DNA of 64,000 nucleotides from a virus: IMG/VR virus record IMGVR_UViG_3300047160_002519, positions 9,234 to 73,233 of that record; one strand, 5' to 3'. Shown piece by piece: positions 61,586 to 64,000 of this stretch (position 1 is its first letter; each line of letters starts with the position of its first letter). The notes under the pieces were generated by a model. It saw only the letters and a program-made list of their open reading frames with translations, ran no database searches and was not told where the DNA came from. The position numbers and the translations under genes were made by a program.

Positions 61586-64000
61586 ATGGCGGCTCCGACT
61601 TTCATTTCAAACACTGCAACGGCCGTTGGCACGGCTACGCCACGGACCACGGCAAGCATTGCTGTTCAGAACGGCGATGTGCTGGTGGCGATGGCCGGAT
61701 CGGAAAACGGCACCGCCACGCTTGGAGTTTCAACCGCAACCGGCAGCACTAGCGCTTGGACGAACCGGGTAAGTAATAACACCGGCACGTCCGCGAATTG
61801 TCAGGCGCAAATCTGGACTGCGACTGCAACTGCGACCGGCAATATAACGGTTAGTTTCACTTGCACAGGTGCCTTAAACTTCATGGGCACCGTCAAAGTC
61901 TGGCGTAATTCCGGCGGCGTCGGCGCTGGAGCGGGCACGGCTGGGGTCCCGAACAGTAGCGGCAGTGTCAGTGTTACGACGACCGGCGCTAATTCGGGAC
62001 TCGATTATTTTTCCGCCGATGCGGCCGTTACGACCGGCACGACCACGTATACCGTGACTGGCGGTACACCGACCCAAGACGTCTCCTTGCAAGCGGCGGC
62101 TGGCGGCTGGACGATTTATTCCGCCCACGCACCGGATGTCGGCGCAGTTGGCTCCAAGACATTCGCAATGACAGCGCCTACGGGCCAAACGGCGCTGCCT
62201 GCTGTTATTGAAATTCTCGGCACAGCCGCCGCAGCTACGACATGGGGCTACGGCTCTAATACGATGTTCGAGCAGGTGCCGAGCCCGCGCACGAACAACT
62301 TGCGGCGCTCATTAGGCGTCGGACATCGCTCCGGATTTCCCATCCTAAAGACGTTCCTTCCCTGGGGCTACGATGCACAACCCGGGCATTCCAGGCAGAG
62401 CCCGACGCTGCGTGCGCACCACTCGTACACCGCGGCTGGCATCGATGCACCATTCATCCCGCCAGTCGTGACGGCGACCCCGCCTTGGGTTGATCCGCAG
62501 ATTCAAGTTTATCCGCCGACCGCGAATCTTAATCGCACCAAGTTCTCCTCGCTGCGGCATCGCGCCGGTTTCGGCATCTTGCCGCAATGGGTCAACTTCC
62601 TCGACACGCAGGCGGTGCAGCCGCCGAGCATAATCACGACGAATACCAATCGGCGCTTGAACATTAGCCAAATCAACATCGGCCCCACACTGCCATCCGC
62701 TCCGATAGTGGTGACCTCGCCCTGGGGCTTCGATCAAACCGGGAGCCAGCCGAGCACCGCACCAAGCAACGCGAACCGCCGCGTTGGCGTCGCGCTCGCG
62801 GGCACCATGAACGGCGACACCATCATCGAGGGACCGCCTGCCATCCCTTGGTACAATTGGGGCTACGAGGTGCAGGCGGTGCAGCCGCGGAATCCCTACA
62901 AGCCAGCCAGGGGCACGCTGATCAATGACGGCGACCGGATGGAAGGGACTCAGGTCAACTTCTATCCGTGGGGCTTCGAGGAGACCGCAAGTCAGCCGGT
63001 CTCAGGACCGAACACTAACAACCTCAACCGGCGCGGCGATGCGGGCGCGTTCGCGATCGGGCAATCAGGACTGCCGCCATTCCCGTTCTATCCGTGGGGC
63101 TTCGAGCCGCAGACGTGGCTGCTTACGCAGCGCAAGACGTGGCGCGCGGCTGCATTCGAGCCACTCGGGGATGAGGGCAATGAGAACACGCAAGCCCCGG
63201 CCGTGCAGGTCATCAACTGGGGCTATCTCGGGGACTGGCCGCAACCGCCGCATCCGATCATCCGGCAGTTTGGAACGCTGCTCGCGAGCGGCGATGCCGG
63301 GATCGCCTACCCGTTCATAAATTGGTTTAACAGTGGTTCCGAAGTGCAGCCGGTTCAGCCTCCGAATCCGGCGACGGGGAACCTCTCGCTCAATAACCGC
63401 CACGCGGCCGCGACCATGCTGGGCGATGGCGGTATCGAGAGCCCATTCGTCAGGTGGCTCAACCTGATCGAGGTGCAGGCGGTGCAGCCGCCCTATCCGA
63501 ATTCATTGCGCCGTGCATTTGCTATGCCAGTCTCGAACATCGAGGCACCCTATACCGCATGGCAAAACTCGGGCTGGGAGATTGCCTCACCGCAGCCGCC
63601 CCATCCGCGCCCGGAGCGCGCTGGCGCGATCGAGGTAGGCGAGGGCGGGATCGAGGCGGTCTACTTCCTCGTAGCGCCACAAATCGTGCTCTGGGGCTTC
63701 GACGGGGTCTGGCCACAGCCTCCAGCAGCCCAGCGAGGCCGCACAGAGGGCTCCGTGACCAGGGGCGACGATGGCACGGGTTTTCCACTGACGGCCTTCT
63801 ACGCCCACGGCTGGCCCGTACAGTCCCCACAGCCGCCGCATCCTCGACGGGAGCGGGCCGGGAGCATCGCCCGGGGCGACGACGGCACCGAAAACGTGTT
63901 CTTCCCCACGGCAGCCCAGGTCATCAACTGGGGCTTTGATGGGGTATGGCCGCAGCCGCCCCGGCAGCGATGGGAACTGCGAGGCGGCATCGGGCACCGC
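61586..64000 (+). CDS. Large repeat protein (>=805 aa, runs off window end; absent from ORF track)
   Basis: Manually translated, open from ATG 61586 to 64000; N-terminal beta domain then ~15 degenerate ~35-45 aa WG(F/Y)..QPP..GDxG repeats. Confidence 0.85.
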   Translation, partial: MAAPTFISNTATAVGTATPRTTASIAVQNGDVLVAMAGSENGTATLGVSTATGSTSAWTNRVSNNTGTSANCQAQIWTATATATGNITVSFTCTGALNFMGTVKVWRNSGGVGAGAGTAGVPNSSGSVSVTTTGANSGLDYFSADAAVTTGTTTYTVTGGTPTQDVSLQAAAGGWTIYSAHAPDVGAVGSKTFAMTAPTGQTALPAVIEILGTAAAATTWGYGSNTMFEQVPSPRTNNLRRSLGVGHRSGFPILKTFLPWGYDAQPGHSRQSPTLRAHHSYTAAGIDAPFIPPVVTATPPWVDPQIQVYPPTANLNRTKFSSLRHRAGFGILPQWVNFLDTQAVQPPSIITTNTNRRLNISQINIGPTLPSAPIVVTSPWGFDQTGSQPSTAPSNANRRVGVALAGTMNGDTIIEGPPAIPWYNWGYEVQAVQPRNPYKPARGTLINDGDRMEGTQVNFYPWGFEETASQPVSGPNTNNLNRRGDAGAFAIGQSGLPPFPFYPWGFEPQTWLLTQRKTWRAAAFEPLGDEGNENTQAPAVQVINWGYLGDWPQPPHPIIRQFGTLLASGDAGIAYPFINWFNSGSEVQPVQPPNPATGNLSLNNRHAAATMLGDGGIESPFVRWLNLIEVQAVQPPYPNSLRRAFAMPVSNIEAPYTAWQNSGWEIASPQPPHPRPERAGAIEVGEGGIEAVYFLVAPQIVLWGFDGVWPQPPAAQRGRTEGSVTRGDDGTGFPLTAFYAHGWPVQSPQPPHPRRERAGSIARGDDGTENVFFPTAAQVINWGFDGVWPQPPRQRWELRGGIGHR

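Larger units (their letters stand above)
1..64000. mobile_element. Tailed bacteriophage (myovirus-like Caudoviricetes) genome segment, probable alphaproteobacterial host
   Basis: Terminase, portal, MuF, protease, capsid, neck, baseplate, fibre, endolysin, recombination and replication genes span the window; no host housekeeping genes seen. Confidence 0.97.

Noticed and set aside
1-64000. CRISPR array, tRNA, rRNA
   Set aside because: No regularly spaced repeat-spacer units and no cloverleaf or rRNA-like sequence recognised by eye; the repeats seen are coding

Overview
The whole 64 kb window is one high-GC tailed bacteriophage genome segment. It is myovirus-type, with a contractile-tail baseplate (Gp138-like spike, baseplate J, DUF2612) and a head module of the DUF1073 portal / MuF / DUF2213 protease / DUF2184 capsid type. 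GapR-like, Cro-like and TPR-glycosyltransferase genes point to an alphaproteobacterial host. Gene order: baseplate and tail fibres (1-8.2 kb, +); endolysin and a leftward early/recombination operon with ERF, lambda-type exonuclease, HIRAN and HNH-like genes (8.3-17.8 kb, -); a rightward Cro-like / RusA / methyltransferase / replication operon (17.9-25.2 kb); a short leftward block; terminase; many morons; head genes; neck genes; then a >12 kb appendage/glycosylation module running off the right end. Sheath, tube and tape-measure genes, integrase and CI are not visible and may lie outside the window. Two systems stand out. (1) A head polyprotein system: the portal is fused to a Zn-metallopeptidase, a kinase-like domain, a winged helix and an R-S-E ADP-ribosyltransferase, and the prohead protease is fused to Nudix and HiPIP-like domains. 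Domain boundaries carry the same [AG]-x-D motifs (AMD, AGD, ALD) found near the capsid and MuF N-termini, suggesting protease release of packaged effectors. (2) A neck-inserted module with a methyltransferase-TPR-glycosyltransferase fusion, Ser/Thr-rich beta proteins, a glycoside-hydrolase-like fibre, and a >800 aa repeat-scaffold ORF missed by the ORF track. All family assignments come from motif recognition by eye, not database searches.
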